Source: Vezdaea acicularis (taxonomy: Eukaryota). Taken from it: a stretch of DNA of 64,000 bases. The notes under the pieces were generated by a model. It had not been told where the DNA came from. It searched no databases and was given only the letters and a program-made list of their open reading frames with translations. This document shows, piece by piece, positions 63,029-64,000 of the stretch. The DNA is taken from assembly GCA_026025075.1 (NCBI GenBank), contig JAPEUI010000033.1, positions 62,001 through 126,000 of the forward strand, given 5' to 3'. Position 1 is the first letter of the stretch. Every line of letters starts with the position of its first letter. A program made the translations under genes and the position numbers.

Positions 63029-64000
63029 GTACGCCTTGTGCTCTTTTTTACTAGTCTGTGTCGTAGAATTGCGTTTGAAGATGCTTAGCTAATGCGCTTC
63101 GAGATTTTCGTACGCGCATCCAATGCATGACTGGTGTCATGGAGTCGTACATGTAGGAGTCGGTTGGTTAGGAGAGACCGTGCTTGGGTATTGGCTATGC
63201 AAAGTTTTGTTGGAGGCGAAGGTTATCGTGTTTTAAAAGGCTGATACATGATCTGACAACCAAGACATATTCTGAGAGTATACATCCCGGCCTTAGCATA
63301 ACATTCTCTACCAGAGAGTATTCAAAGCAGTGAAGTTGAATATCCGCTTGACATATGGATAGAGCATCCCCACTATCTGTGCAGCAAGGTCAGGTGACGC
63401 AGCCTTAGCAAAGGCTAGCCGTGACCTAATATCATGGTTGAGTTGGGTTCATGACACCATGGCTACTTATGAGCGATGCCCCTGGTGTTACGCGAAAGAG
63501 CTAACCATGAACGCGACGGGCGAGCTGTCAGTGGTGTACTGGTGGTACCGGATAGGAGGCAACGGTCTCGACTTACAGAGCTTCGAGAACATCTCCCAGT
63601 ACCTGGGCCACCCACGATGGAGCTCAGGAACGGAGCGGCCCCGAACATGATACGTAGCCGGCATGGAAGGCAGGGCCGAAGATCCGACCGAATCAGCTGG
63701 GTATGCGGAGTGTTAATCTCTCTTAAATTCTCTCCGCAACCTCGTCTTCGCGGCCAGTGATAGACAAGCAATTAAGCGAGCGGGATCCATGCCCGTAGTC
63801 GTCCCCTAATGCGACCCTCAACCCCTTACGCGCTACGCGATTAGGGAGCACGGCCCGCATCTTACCCTCAAGTCAGCCAGCCACCCGCTCACCCGTTGCC
63901 ATATTGAGCAGAGTCAATTACGCCTGTCATGGCGTTCACAAAACGCCCTGACATACCGCTAGGTACACTAAACCCCATGTGCTCGGTCAATCCTTCCTTT

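Noticed and set aside
63438..63771. ORFs near the right edge
   Set aside because: Short, overlapping and without motifs; not supportable as genes.

Overview
Eukaryotic DNA from a filamentous ascomycete (Pezizomycotina-like): spliceosomal introns with GT..CTRAC..AG signals, and RIP-like C>T/G>A damage in repeats. Positions 1-49.3 kb are a gene-dense, mostly core block. It holds two conserved uncharacterised genes, a membrane-anchored aspartic pseudo-protease, a stand-alone dihydroneopterin aldolase, UGP1, a sugar porter, a HOS2/YNG2 divergent pair, a Pth11-like 7TM protein, an amidase, a MARVEL-like protein, an FMP42-like MFS transporter, a Zn2Cys6 transcription factor, the molybdopterin synthase small subunit, a cyt-4/Dss1 exoribonuclease and an ELMO/CED-12 protein. 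From about 50 kb the region is accessory. A damaged Zn2Cys6-ankyrin gene has a full-length Ty3/Gypsy chromovirus (52814-61556; 265-bp LTRs; CATAG target-site duplication) inserted about 100 bp upstream of its ATG. Highlights: (1) the retrotransposon carries, between pol and its 3' LTR, a separate antisense, intron-containing, TATA-preceded gene encoding a variant six-cysteine zinc-cluster protein; (2) two related solo LTRs (TGTAAG...CTTACA) are nested inside the element, one in gag and one in the cargo gene; (3) the element has a Tf1-type self-priming PBS hit by a RIP-type change; (4) two divergent paralogous secreted six-cysteine proteins, both ending in LLGC-stop, bracket the pseudo-protease gene. 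All exon models and comparisons were made by eye, with no database searches.
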